From IMG/VR virus record IMGVR_UViG_3300050023_000090, positions 1 through 51,637 of that record: a stretch of 51,637 nucleotides of DNA; one strand, written 5' to 3'. The stretch comes from a virus (lineage: Duplodnaviria; Caudoviricetes). A program made the translations under genes and the position numbers. Positions 25,957-35,306 of this stretch are shown here, piece after piece (the stretch's first letter is position 1; the number at the start of each line of letters is the position of its first letter). Under the pieces are notes generated by a model. That model worked only from the letters and a program-made list of their open reading frames with translations, was not told the DNA's origin and searched no databases.

Positions 25957-26247
25957 CTACCTCACCTGGAACGTCACGGTCACGTTCGCAAGACTCGCCG
26001 CTTTCAGGCCGAGAACCTCAAGAGGGGGATTGAAATGTTTTGAAATGAAAAGTGCCGCGCTTCTCCCTGCCGCCAAAGGGATCACATCCCCTGTTCCCGC
26101 CGTGTCCGTGATCCTGATGCGGGGCGCCCCCGTCAGGGAGTTTGCAACCGCAATCACTCCCGCCAGCCTGATCTTCGAGGTCGTTCTCGCCACGTCCCCC
26201 GTCGCGTTCATCGTAATCAGGTTCCCCGTCGAATTGGTCGTTGCCAC
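25957..26247 (-). CDS. Small beta-sandwich virion protein
   Basis: RBS aggagg; in the structural module. Confidence 0.6.
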   Translation of the reverse strand: MATTNSTGNLITMNATGDVARTTSKIRLAGVIAVANSLTGAPRIRITDTAGTGDVIPLAAGRSAALFISKHFNPPLEVLGLKAASLANVTVTFQVR

Positions 26248-26256
26248 TCTTTCCTC

Positions 26257-26574
26257 CTATGCGAGGTACACGTAAAGTGTCCCCGAATCAAGTGTGTCAA
26301 TGGTAAGTCCGTTCATGAACTTGTACAAGGGGTGCACATCAATGAACTTGGCTCCGTCAGCTTCGCTCTCAAACGCCATGTCCCCCGAAGCCGTCTTCAC
26401 GATGCACTTGTGCCCCGCAGTCGTTGCCGATATCCACCGGAAATGCTTCACGAACTTGATCCCCGTAAGCGCGAGAGCCACGTCCGCGTTGGTGAACTTC
26501 AAAACGCCTATCGCCGTGCCGGTCATATGCCGCGCCCTCTCGAAGAGAGAAAAGTGCGTCTCCTTCTCGGCCAC
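26257..26574 (-). CDS. Small beta-sandwich virion protein
   Basis: GLTIDTLDSGTLYVYL C-terminus; in the structural module. Confidence 0.6.
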   Translation of the reverse strand: MAEKETHFSLFERARHMTGTAIGVLKFTNADVALALTGIKFVKHFRWISATTAGHKCIVKTASGDMAFESEADGAKFIDVHPLYKFMNGLTIDTLDSGTLYVYLA

Positions 26575-27005
26575 GACTTCAAAATCCCTCCAAGAATCGT
26601 TGCCAAGATAGAGTCTCCGCAGGCAAGGCTTTCCAAAATCAACCGAGAAAAAGAGACTGTCCTGGAAAGCGTATCTGAAACGCTTTCTGTCTCAACAAGG
26701 GTCCGATTAAATCCGGCTGTCCTTGTCAGAGAATCAGAAAGGGCTTCATTTTCAGCAAGACTTCTCGAAAAGTACGCGACCCTTGATAAGAGATCACTCA
26801 AGACCTCACTATCCATAATACTCCTTGATCGCGCGACAATCGTACTGATCGTGTCAGAAAAGACCTCTGTATCAAGAAGTGTTGCAGAAAGGCCGCCAGA
26901 AACAACATAGAGAAATGCATCGTATCCAAACGCATCAATTTGAAAAGGCTGCGCTGTCTGGTAGAAAGTGTCGTTTCCAAACTTGTCAACGATGTATTTC
27001 ATCAA
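26523..27005 (-). CDS. Virion protein with degenerate ~19-aa S/T/R repeats
   Basis: Repeats DTEVFSDTIS / DSEVLSDLLSR / ENEALSDSLTR / ETESVSDTLSR. Confidence 0.55.
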   Translation of the reverse strand: MMKYIVDKFGNDTFYQTAQPFQIDAFGYDAFLYVVSGGLSATLLDTEVFSDTISTIVARSRSIMDSEVLSDLLSRVAYFSRSLAENEALSDSLTRTAGFNRTLVETESVSDTLSRTVSFSRLILESLACGDSILATILGGILKSWPRRRRTFLSSRGRGI

Positions 27006-28195
27006 GTGTACTCGTCAATAATCATTCCGCCGGCAGATCCCGCCCCGCCTAAGACGGCAACCGATATGGAACATCCGCCGCCTCCGCCGCCTCCCAATCC
27101 AGTTCCGGCCGCACCTACTCCACCAGTTGCTACGGATTTCCCAACACCACCAGACCCAAGCGGACCGGAGCCACCCGCTCCTGAGTTTCCAAGGATACCC
27201 GACAGACGAGTGCCATACTGTCCAGGATTGCCGGGAACGTTCAAGTCTCCGTTTGTAGGAATGACGCCCGCACCGCCAGCCACGGTAAGCAAAGTAAGGC
27301 CCGTAGCCATCCCTACTCCGCCAAGCCCGCCTTTGGCTGTCACGGTTACACCGCTTACAACGATGGTGCTATCACCACCGGTTCCTCCGGTTCCCCCTGT
27401 GTTTGCTCCAGCAGTACCCGCCGTTCCAAAGGTAGTGCTATATCCTGTTGACCCAGTAACGGTGAAGGTCTTTTCGGCATATCCACCAGCGGCCCCTCCG
27501 CCACCCATGGCATCGTTTGAAGAGGCCCAGGAGCAACCTCCACCACCACCACCGCCTCCGACGATTCTGACAAAAATTGTCTTGGTACCCGCCTGAGTGG
27601 TGAACGTAGCCCCTGCTGTCCATATCGTTGTTTTTATCCACCGCCCCGTTGGAACGGCGGAGATGACCCCTGCCGCCGCCGTGATCGATGTGCCATCAGG
27701 CTTGACCACGCCAAAGACGGACGAGGTTGACTGAGGCACCGTGATAGCCCCAGCCGCCACCGTGATGATCGTTCCGTCAGGCTTTACGACTCCAAGAACG
27801 GAGGCAGTAGCGACTGTAGAGAAACTTGTCTTCAACGCATTCGTAGAATCATAGACATGCCATTCGGTTCCGTTCCACTCTAACCTCTCACCAATTTGAA
27901 GGGTGATACTGATTATCGTCTTCAGAACCGTGCTGTCGCTGTAACTGATAGTGATGGCAATCGCGCCCGTGTCAACATTGTCCACGTTGAGATAACGGAC
28001 AAAGCGCCCGGTGCTTCCAGCAGGTGCAACAACAAGATCAACCTGTGTCACGCCGTTTGTAGTCCCAACACTGGCACCCTGCGTACTGGCCGACGTGGTG
28101 GAGTCAACCCAAGAGGCGACAAAAGGACAATCAACCGAAGTCTTTGCCCCCGCGAGAACCGCAACCAATTTTCTATTGACAGTGTCGAGAATCAC
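27002..28195 (-). CDS. Glycine-rich tail fibre / virion protein
   Basis: Duplicated GVVKPDGT.IT.AAG.I motif and C-terminal Gly-rich domain (VGGGGGGGG...GGGGAAGGY). Confidence 0.75.
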   Translation of the reverse strand: MILDTVNRKLVAVLAGAKTSVDCPFVASWVDSTTSASTQGASVGTTNGVTQVDLVVAPAGSTGRFVRYLNVDNVDTGAIAITISYSDSTVLKTIISITLQIGERLEWNGTEWHVYDSTNALKTSFSTVATASVLGVVKPDGTIITVAAGAITVPQSTSSVFGVVKPDGTSITAAAGVISAVPTGRWIKTTIWTAGATFTTQAGTKTIFVRIVGGGGGGGGCSWASSNDAMGGGGAAGGYAEKTFTVTGSTGYSTTFGTAGTAGANTGGTGGTGGDSTIVVSGVTVTAKGGLGGVGMATGLTLLTVAGGAGVIPTNGDLNVPGNPGQYGTRLSGILGNSGAGGSGPLGSGGVGKSVATGGVGAAGTGLGGGGGGGCSISVAVLGGAGSAGGMIIDEYT

Positions 28196-28196
28196 A

Positions 28197-28793
28197 TCAG
28201 GTTCCCAACAGCGTGATCTCCCAAAGGAGAGTCATCGAATCCGCCGCGGTAATGACGACCGAGGGATTGATATTTCCATACGCCTGAGCCTGTCCTCCCA
28301 CATCCGCATTTGCGTTGGAGAGGACCGCTTCATTCAGAGTGACACTTCCAAAGTCCGCCGCAACGAAGGCCGTCTGAAACTGGACAACGTTATCGTTTGC
28401 ATTTCCAAAGGTTCCCTTCAGCTTGGGATACGTTGCGGAGAGGGCCTTTGCCGGACCCGTCGCGGTATGAACCCACGTCTGGGCCTTGGCATTTGTCGCG
28501 CTCCACCCGGTTCCGCACTGAATGAAGCCATGGGTGTTGTCGAGCTTTTGAAGTGCGGGAGTCTGGCTCATGAGGTCCGCGATCATCGCGTCCCCGTCAT
28601 CGGTGACAATGTTGTGCGAAACAGATTCCTGCTTCAGATACGAGAACCGTGGATCCTGGAAGAGGCTTTCGATCCGCTTGGACGACAGGAGACCAAAGAA
28701 ACGCAAAATCTTGATTCGCCGCAATCCGCGTTTCGTATGCCCATAAACCCTGGCGGTGATCTTCCCTGTCACCTTCGCCCCATCTTGCATCAT
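28197..28793 (-). CDS. Virion structural protein
   Basis: HNIVTDDG, CGTG and LNEAVL pattern seen in fibre and baseplate-like proteins. Confidence 0.6.
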   Translation of the reverse strand: MMQDGAKVTGKITARVYGHTKRGLRRIKILRFFGLLSSKRIESLFQDPRFSYLKQESVSHNIVTDDGDAMIADLMSQTPALQKLDNTHGFIQCGTGWSATNAKAQTWVHTATGPAKALSATYPKLKGTFGNANDNVVQFQTAFVAADFGSVTLNEAVLSNANADVGGQAQAYGNINPSVVITAADSMTLLWEITLLGT

Positions 28794-28944
28794 CGCTTTC
28801 CTTCTTCCATCTCCGTCTCTCGAAGCATCTCATTCAGCGATTCTCTGAATCGGTACCTTCTCTGGAGGAAACGATACCTCTTCAATAGAAGAACGATGAC
28901 GACCCCCTCCGCGAGAACAATCAAAAGCGCAACTCCAAGAAGGA

Positions 28945-29193
28945 TCACTGTTTCCTCCTGGCGAGCTGCGCGATGTCCTGGGAGTCGGTGCAGGGAACGC
29001 CATACGCCTTGCCTCGGAAGAAACGTATTTTGGATTTTGGAAAAGACATCCCACAAAGGACGCACCGGAACCAAGGCTCCCCATAGCGCCCGGGGCCTGT
29101 TCCGTCCAACGTCTGAAGGACAACAAGATCGGTACCGACCATGCTGGGGCCGGTACCGGTCAGTGTGATTTCTTGGTATGTCCTGCCGGGCAC
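28945..29193 (-). CDS. Small Cys-containing protein
   Basis: WFRCVLCG...GVPC; located downstream of the capsid genes. Confidence 0.5.
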   Translation of the reverse strand: MPGRTYQEITLTGTGPSMVGTDLVVLQTLDGTGPGRYGEPWFRCVLCGMSFPKSKIRFFRGKAYGVPCTDSQDIAQLARRKQ

Positions 29194-29209
29194 TTTCGCA
29201 CCCGCCCTT

Positions 29210-29599
29210 CTATGCGGGGGTGTGCGTCAGAACGTGGACAGCCGCGTTCGAGAAGCCCTTCACGTTTGCGACGATGACCTTCGCGGTACCGAGGGTGATC
29301 GCGGTCGTCATGGTCCCACAGGTCTTCACGATACACGGCAAGGTTGCCGCCTGTGTGAGCTTGACCGCGTAGGCGCTCTGCAAAAAGTCAGTCGCCGCAA
29401 TCCCGACGACTGCAACGGATCCCGCCGCGGTGGGGCACTTGAACACGTACTCTTTGACTTGGAGTCCACCCGCGGCTTTCACTGTCGTCCCGGCGATGAG
29501 CTGAGTTCCTGCTTGAACGTAGGTAGCCGCTTTGACATAGGTGCCCGCCTTTACGAAGAGGGCCGCTTCAAGACTTCCGTATGTGTAACTGGTTCCCAT
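29210..29599 (-). CDS. Capsid-associated / decoration protein
   Basis: RBS aaggag; Ala/Thr/Val-rich; directly after the major capsid gene. Confidence 0.6.
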   Translation of the reverse strand: MGTSYTYGSLEAALFVKAGTYVKAATYVQAGTQLIAGTTVKAAGGLQVKEYVFKCPTAAGSVAVVGIAATDFLQSAYAVKLTQAATLPCIVKTCGTMTTAITLGTAKVIVANVKGFSNAAVHVLTHTPA

Positions 29600-29659
29600 T
29601 TCTGGTCTCCTTTCCCTTAAAAGGGATGGGCCTCACGAGGAGGCCCTGCATCTTCTCGA

Positions 29660-30574
29660 TCACGCCCCGGCATTGGCGGCTGTTCCCCGGTAGTCGAAGA
29701 AGTCCGCTGTCACCCGTGCGGTGATCTTGAACATCTGGCTTCCCGTGTTCCAGTCGTCCTGGTTCCCATACGTTTTCTGCTTGCGCCTCCACACGAACTG
29801 GAGGTCATGGTCCGCCTTCGAGCCGAGCAGAAAATAGGCGGTCGTGCTCGTCAGGAAGTGATTCACCATGAAGCGGAACTTCCCCTTCAAGACGTTCACG
29901 TCGTTGTCCATCGAGTCGGGTCGCAGCTCGCTCATGGAGAGCCGTTCCGCGATCCACCTGAGCCCATAGGGGATGATGAGCACTTCGGGTCGTATCGGTG
30001 TGGGAATCCCGTTCTCCTGCACGCAGCTCTCGAAGAGGTCCATCAGCTCGATCAGGGTCGTCTCGGAGAGGGAACCTGCCGTGCCGAGGTTGTCGTAACC
30101 CGCGCCGCTGTCCACCAGGACGTGCGAATTGGAGAAGAGGGCCACCGAATCGAGACCCGCGCGAGTCGTGGTGACGAACCCCGAATTGAGCAAGTCTGCC
30201 GCCTTCATCTCCACGGTGTAGAGCATGGACTTGCCCAGCATCTCGGGGATCTTCTGGAGATATCCCGTTCGGTCGTCCTCGCCCGCGTTCTCGGTGATCT
30301 GTACCTGCACACCGATGTTGGTGTAGCGGATCGTCTTCTCATTTCCCTGCTTGAAACTCGTTGCGGGAATCGAGTCACCCTCGTCGATGTCGGGAATGGA
30401 GCCGAGGCCGCCCATCTGGCCCGCCCTGAAGTAGTTGGCCTTCCCGGTCTCGACGTTCACGAACTGCGTATACTCCGGCGGCGTCCGCAGATAGCTGTCG
30501 AAGTAAATCTTGTCGAAGTCCTTGTTCGTGAGCTGATTCGGGTTGACTGTTGAAAGTATTCCTGGTCCTGCCAT
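29660..30574 (-). CDS. Major capsid protein (HK97 fold, Mu gpT-like family)
   Basis: 304 aa; DSVALFSNSH, PEVLIIPYGL, NDVNVL and NHFLTSTTAYFL motifs; strong RBS. Confidence 0.9.
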   Translation of the reverse strand: MAGPGILSTVNPNQLTNKDFDKIYFDSYLRTPPEYTQFVNVETGKANYFRAGQMGGLGSIPDIDEGDSIPATSFKQGNEKTIRYTNIGVQVQITENAGEDDRTGYLQKIPEMLGKSMLYTVEMKAADLLNSGFVTTTRAGLDSVALFSNSHVLVDSGAGYDNLGTAGSLSETTLIELMDLFESCVQENGIPTPIRPEVLIIPYGLRWIAERLSMSELRPDSMDNDVNVLKGKFRFMVNHFLTSTTAYFLLGSKADHDLQFVWRRKQKTYGNQDDWNTGSQMFKITARVTADFFDYRGTAANAGA

Positions 30575-30587
30575 TTCTTTTCTCCTC

Positions 30588-31088
30588 CTACCTTATCGAA
30601 CCGCTGTACGAAGACCGCACAACTTTCACCAGAAGCTGCGCGAGGGTGCCCCACTTGTTGCCCGGAACCCTTCGGAGGCCCACGATCTCCAGCACCGAGG
30701 TCGTCGCTGCCGCGTTGAGGCATATCTTCCCGTTGGAGACGTTCATGATGCCGCACCGCTTCCCGATGTAGCCCGCGGTGATATTGAGAGTGTTCGCCGC
30801 CGTCCCGTGCTGGGCGCTGAACGTGTACCCCTCAAGGGCAGGAATGTAGGCCGCTGATGCCCTGGTTCCCGTAACCCCCGTTAAGTTCTCCGCGGCAAAT
30901 CCGAAGAGGGCCACGCTCACGACGCCCGCGAGAGCGATCCTGCCCCCCTGGAGGGAACTCAATATGATGGGGTCTCCCGCCTTCAGTGTGGTATTGGAAA
31001 CGGTAAGGCCCCTCTTCAGCCGGACCGCTCCCGCGTACTCGTTTGCCTCCCACAGAAAGCTGTGTGGATTGCTTGTGTTCGTCGCCAT
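30588..31088 (-). CDS. Capsid cement / decoration protein
   Basis: LKAGDPI...FGFAAE pattern; immediately upstream of the MCP gene. Confidence 0.65.
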   Translation of the reverse strand: MATNTSNPHSFLWEANEYAGAVRLKRGLTVSNTTLKAGDPIILSSLQGGRIALAGVVSVALFGFAAENLTGVTGTRASAAYIPALEGYTFSAQHGTAANTLNITAGYIGKRCGIMNVSNGKICLNAAATTSVLEIVGLRRVPGNKWGTLAQLLVKVVRSSYSGSIR

Positions 31089-31091
31089 CTC

Positions 31092-31883
31092 TTACCTCCT
31101 GGCTCTATCGATTGAAACAGGGACCTCTTCGGTCTCCGTGGTCTCGATCATATTGGGAATCTCAAACCCCTCAAGGTTCCTGTTCGCCTTCCCCACCATC
31201 GAATTGACCTCTTTCATGGTGGCCCCAGCATTTCTCCTTGACTGCAATGCATTCGCTTCAAGATGCTGATGAAACAGCTTTTCGGGAACCATCATCAGCA
31301 CGAGGTCGTCCGTTCCATCTTTGCGCTTAATGACGCGCGAAGAGGACACCCTCGATGCCCCCGGGGTCAGGACCTCATCCGGGACGTACTTGTACCCCAG
31401 ACTGAGGCACTCCTCCACCTCGTCAGGCCGTTTCCAGCAGGAGTGCCATCCCTTCGGAATACCCGAGGACCGTAGAATGTTTCTGGGCTTCCCCCGGAGA
31501 GGGTCCTCAATGGAGAGGCCCTCGAAGCCCTTGTGGGCTTTCTTGCTTTTCTCCAAGGCGTCATGCGCACCCTTGCAGATGAAATAGTCCCTCGTATTCG
31601 CGTTGGACAACTCCGAGATAACCTCCTCGGAAAGCTCCCGGAAGTCTTTTTCGCTGAAACGAAGCTGGTAGTCTTTCGCCTCCAGCGCGAGAATCTCCTC
31701 GTCTGTGTGCTTCGAGGACACATCAACGACTTGCTTTTTCGGTGGAAGGGTAGGTTTTTCCCTTGAAAAGGTGAGTTTCGACCTCTCTCGCGACACAGGA
31801 GGCGATTTCTGTACGTCCGCGGTTGCGTTCATTCCGCCTGACTTATCGTCCATCTCTCTGAGGACTTGAGCCTTTTTTGCCAC
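31092..31883 (-). CDS. Conserved head-module protein
   Basis: WKR...LGYKYV...DLVLMMVPE motif seen between scaffold and capsid genes in podoviruses. Confidence 0.6.
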   Translation of the reverse strand: MAKKAQVLREMDDKSGGMNATADVQKSPPVSRERSKLTFSREKPTLPPKKQVVDVSSKHTDEEILALEAKDYQLRFSEKDFRELSEEVISELSNANTRDYFICKGAHDALEKSKKAHKGFEGLSIEDPLRGKPRNILRSSGIPKGWHSCWKRPDEVEECLSLGYKYVPDEVLTPGASRVSSSRVIKRKDGTDDLVLMMVPEKLFHQHLEANALQSRRNAGATMKEVNSMVGKANRNLEGFEIPNMIETTETEEVPVSIDRARR

Positions 31884-31884
31884 T

Positions 31885-32691
31885 TCACTTTCCTCCTCTT
31901 GCGGCGCGTCTCGCCACGATCACATCCACGTCCACCCCCGCGAGATCGGCCTTCCGGTGGTCTTCCGCGGTCCGCACCAGGATTTTTCTCCGAACAGCCC
32001 CGCCTCCTCCTCCGCTTCCTCCCCCCGCCTCAAGAGGAACGGGCTCGCGTCTTGCGGGGTCCTTTTTCCTCTCCTTCTCCAGGATCGCGTTCGCCCTCTC
32101 CTGGGCGATCTCATCGACATGGACAACGCGGACCTGGTTGAAGGCCAGCTCCAAGACGCGCGGATCCCTCTGCACCCCCGGGGGGAAGTTCGCCTTGATA
32201 TAGGCTTGAATCTCCGCCTTGTACTTCTTGAAGGACGGCCCCGTCTCGGGGTCGAGTTCCATAATCCTCTCGGCCTGTTTGAAGTTCAGTTCGTTCGCCT
32301 GGGCGAGACGAGGACCGATCCGCCTATCGATGAGCTCGTTGAAGGTGTCGATGCCCTTGTTCTCGTCGAAGGCGTCCGTCTTGAACCTCTCCCTGAAGGC
32401 GGCATCAGTCTCCCCAGGTTGCTGAATGAGAGGCGCTTCCTGGGGTCGTATCTTCCCCACCGCATCCTCGAACGCCTTCGAGATCCTTTCAGTGGGATCG
32501 GGCGCCTCGGCAACCTTCTTCTCCGCGGCTTGGACTCTCGCGTAGAGATCCTTCTTGGAAGACTTCTTTACCTCCTCGGGAAGTTCCTCTTCAGGTTCGG
32601 GCTCCGCTTCTGTTTCATCCACGAACTGGGTCTCCTCTTCCTTGTCATCCTCGAACTCGGGCAAGAGGTCTTCGTCTTTCTCTTTCGCCAT
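31885..32691 (-). CDS. Capsid scaffolding protein
   Basis: Acidic N-terminus, helical middle, Gly linker and basic C-terminal helix; lies between portal and MCP. Confidence 0.75.
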   Translation of the reverse strand: MAKEKDEDLLPEFEDDKEEETQFVDETEAEPEPEEELPEEVKKSSKKDLYARVQAAEKKVAEAPDPTERISKAFEDAVGKIRPQEAPLIQQPGETDAAFRERFKTDAFDENKGIDTFNELIDRRIGPRLAQANELNFKQAERIMELDPETGPSFKKYKAEIQAYIKANFPPGVQRDPRVLELAFNQVRVVHVDEIAQERANAILEKERKKDPARREPVPLEAGGGSGGGGGAVRRKILVRTAEDHRKADLAGVDVDVIVARRAARGGK

Positions 32692-32975
32692 TAGTTACCT
32701 TCCTTCGCCATCTCGGCGATCATCTGCTTCAGGTCGTCCTCGGTCGCGTCCCGCAGTTGTTCCATGGAGGACCAGAGGCGTTCAAAACTGAGTAAAACCC
32801 CCTGTGCCTGGAAGAGGAGCTGGGGCTCCCTGGCTGTTTTGAGGACCTGTGTTTCCTGGTGCTGAATTGTTCTCACCAGTCCCTCCACCACCTTCCATCC
32901 CGGGCTGTCCAATAAGTCCTGGAGGCGCCCCTGGTCGTCCAGGAGCGATACCATTCTGGGATCCTGCTTGTCCAT
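32691..32975 (-). CDS. Small head protein (Bbp19-like), overlapping the portal 3' end
   Basis: LLDSPGWK...LFQAQG motif; RBS ggag upstream. Confidence 0.65.
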   Translation of the reverse strand: MDKQDPRMVSLLDDQGRLQDLLDSPGWKVVEGLVRTIQHQETQVLKTAREPQLLFQAQGVLLSFERLWSSMEQLRDATEDDLKQMIAEMAKEGN

Positions 32976-34854
32976 TCTCCATCCTCCTCAACATCTGTTC
33001 CTGGGCCATGTCCATCATTCGAAACGCGAGTTCTTCCAACTTGACAGGCGGCACGAAGTCCCCCGTCTCGTCCTCCCCGAAGAACTCCAGCATTTTCTCC
33101 ATCAACTTACTTGTGCCAACTATGTAACGAAGCGCGGCCTCCTTGACAGGTTGGGGTAACTGAACTGGAGGTTGCCCCGGTCCGCCTGGCATTCCCCCAT
33201 ACACCTGCATCAGGAGGGGAAGCTGTTCCTTTTTGAACATCGTATATATGGACCACAAGGAGAGGACGTTCTGCCTTCTCGCCTCAAACGTTTGTTCTGC
33301 GTCTGAGGTCCTCACGGAGAAGCGCAACTTTATGGGGATCTCTTCTATCTTGATAGAGAGGGCCTTATCCAAGTCTTTCAGTTGTTGATCGGTAAGGCGG
33401 CCAATCCGCGTCTCGTTCTCCATAACCGTGTCCTTGTTCCACACGAGTTGAAAGACGGTCATCATTCCCAGAGAAGAGTAAGCGTCTTCCATCCCTTCCA
33501 GGATGGAGCCGACCATTCCCGAGGAGGCCCTGATCCTGTTGTTCTGCATCCCGATGGAGTCTCTGGACTTGAGGGTCTGGTCGGCGAAGCCAGCCATCGT
33601 ATCACTCATAAGGGTGGCCTTCTGCAAGTAACCCCATGCATTGCTCTCGGCCTGCAACGAAGAAGGGTAGACTTCTCCCACTTCGAGGGTTTTGAAGTCC
33701 GCGACGTTATCAACAAGAAAAATCCTCCCCGGGCTCATCGTTTCGCGTGCTTTGATGCCTGAGTTTTTTCTCGCAATAAACATCTTCAACGTCGTCATGT
33801 GGACGGCGTTGATACGATTGTTGTGGAGGGCCTCCAATTCGGATTGCATGTGCATCCCGGCATGGCCCACTCCCGCACCGTCAAGACGGAAAGACTTCTT
33901 GATGAAGTTGAACTGCCGCACCATCCTCAAGCCCATGGGATTCACAATGGCCATGACAAGGACGCCGCCCTTGCGTGAATAGATCAGAAGGAGGTCTTCC
34001 CAGAAGCCGTCCTTCGGCGAGAGGTCCCATCTCAGATATACTTCGTAGAAATCCCACACATCCCTCTGGAGAGGGATGCCTTTCGATATCGCATCCGCAT
34101 CAACCTCATGTTCAAGGGGTTCGGTGCGAACATCATCTTTCCAATTCTCATACTCGGTCCACTTCCCCGAAGCGAACCTCTCCTCCACGTCCTGCTCTTC
34201 CAGCTCGATATGCTGGGCGAACCACCTTGCCTTCTGGATGTCCTTGGTGCGCATCCTGTAGAGAGCGTCTTCCCTGGGGAAGACAATCCACTCAGGCCCG
34301 TCATGGAAGACCGCATCGACCTGGGTCCCGTCTTGAAGGGTTACTTTGTGCTTATCGGTTGTCCATGGGATTTTTACAAAGACCGTTCCCAGCGAATCGG
34401 CTTCCTCCTGGATTTCCCTGTCCTTGTCCCGCTTGTTCAGATCGAACTCGGAGTCCGCGAGAAGCTGAAGATAGTACTCAACCGTCTTGGCCACTTCAAT
34501 GTCGTCGTGGTTTTTTTCCTGCAATGCAGTCACGCTCCAAAACGGTTTCTTCGTACCGAAACTGTTTTTGGTCATCCCGAAGACGGTGTTCGTCGCAATC
34601 ATTTGCCCTGGAGGGCACACATTTGAAGAGTCCGGCCAGGGGACATTCTTCTTCTCGAACTCAGGTCGTGCCCACCTCTGCCTGCGGATTATTTTCCATT
34701 CCGCCTCTTCCCCTCCCCGCTCTGATTCGGCGAGGAAGAACTCCTTCTCCAGGAAGGCCACGATCTCGTCGTGCTCCTCCTTCGAGAGGAGGCCGACGAA
34801 CTTCTCTTGCGGTGGCTCTTCTGTCTCGTCTACGTATGTCGTTTCGTCACTCAT
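32782..34854 (-). CDS. Portal protein
   Basis: 690 aa downstream of the terminase; PWPDSSN, LGTVFVKIPW, GAGVG...QSELEALHNNRIN and PGRIFLV are P22/T7-like portal features. Confidence 0.9.
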   Translation of the reverse strand: MSDETTYVDETEEPPQEKFVGLLSKEEHDEIVAFLEKEFFLAESERGGEEAEWKIIRRQRWARPEFEKKNVPWPDSSNVCPPGQMIATNTVFGMTKNSFGTKKPFWSVTALQEKNHDDIEVAKTVEYYLQLLADSEFDLNKRDKDREIQEEADSLGTVFVKIPWTTDKHKVTLQDGTQVDAVFHDGPEWIVFPREDALYRMRTKDIQKARWFAQHIELEEQDVEERFASGKWTEYENWKDDVRTEPLEHEVDADAISKGIPLQRDVWDFYEVYLRWDLSPKDGFWEDLLLIYSRKGGVLVMAIVNPMGLRMVRQFNFIKKSFRLDGAGVGHAGMHMQSELEALHNNRINAVHMTTLKMFIARKNSGIKARETMSPGRIFLVDNVADFKTLEVGEVYPSSLQAESNAWGYLQKATLMSDTMAGFADQTLKSRDSIGMQNNRIRASSGMVGSILEGMEDAYSSLGMMTVFQLVWNKDTVMENETRIGRLTDQQLKDLDKALSIKIEEIPIKLRFSVRTSDAEQTFEARRQNVLSLWSIYTMFKKEQLPLLMQVYGGMPGGPGQPPVQLPQPVKEAALRYIVGTSKLMEKMLEFFGEDETGDFVPPVKLEELAFRMMDMAQEQMLRRMENGQAGSQNGIAPGRPGAPPGLIGQPGMEGGGGTGENNSAPGNTGPQNSQGAPAPLPGTGGFTQF

Positions 34855-35303
34855 CGTTTTCGTCCTTTCAGATGGCCGTTCTTCTTTAGAATAGCATAGA
34901 CTCCATCGAAAACCCTTCCATGAAAATATGCAAGTCTTTCTTCATCGGAAATGTCATCATAGAGTTCGCCTCCATAACGCATATCGAAATGCACTACAAA
35001 TCTTTCATGGGCCATAGCGAGATGGAGACATTCGTGAGCAATAATTTCAAGACAGAGTTGTTCTTCATTAAGAAACATCGTTGCGAAATGCGAAGAGAAC
35101 CACTTTCGGTCATCCATCGCTGGGTACTCATGGATTTGTGTCCCTTGTACAAGCCCCGCAGTATGGGCGTCATGCTCGATTTTCATTCCGTGCTTATCTG
35201 AGTAGAGTTCGACGTATTTATTCATTCCCTTCTGAGTGGAAAGAATAATCAGATCAAAGTATTCAGAACGAGAAGGGTCGGTTTTTATTCTATATTTTTT
35301 CAC
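34851..35303 (-). CDS. HEXXH zinc metalloprotease-like protein
   Basis: IIAHECLHLA plus downstream EERLAY; AT-richer DNA between terL and portal. Confidence 0.65.
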   Translation of the reverse strand: MKKYRIKTDPSRSEYFDLIILSTQKGMNKYVELYSDKHGMKIEHDAHTAGLVQGTQIHEYPAMDDRKWFSSHFATMFLNEEQLCLEIIAHECLHLAMAHERFVVHFDMRYGGELYDDISDEERLAYFHGRVFDGVYAILKKNGHLKGRKR

Positions 35304-35306
35304 TTT

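Noticed and set aside
27660-27810. Duplicated GVVKPDGT repeats in the Gly-rich fibre gene as a recombination cassette
   Set aside because: They are diverged at the DNA level and typical of structural fibre repeats.
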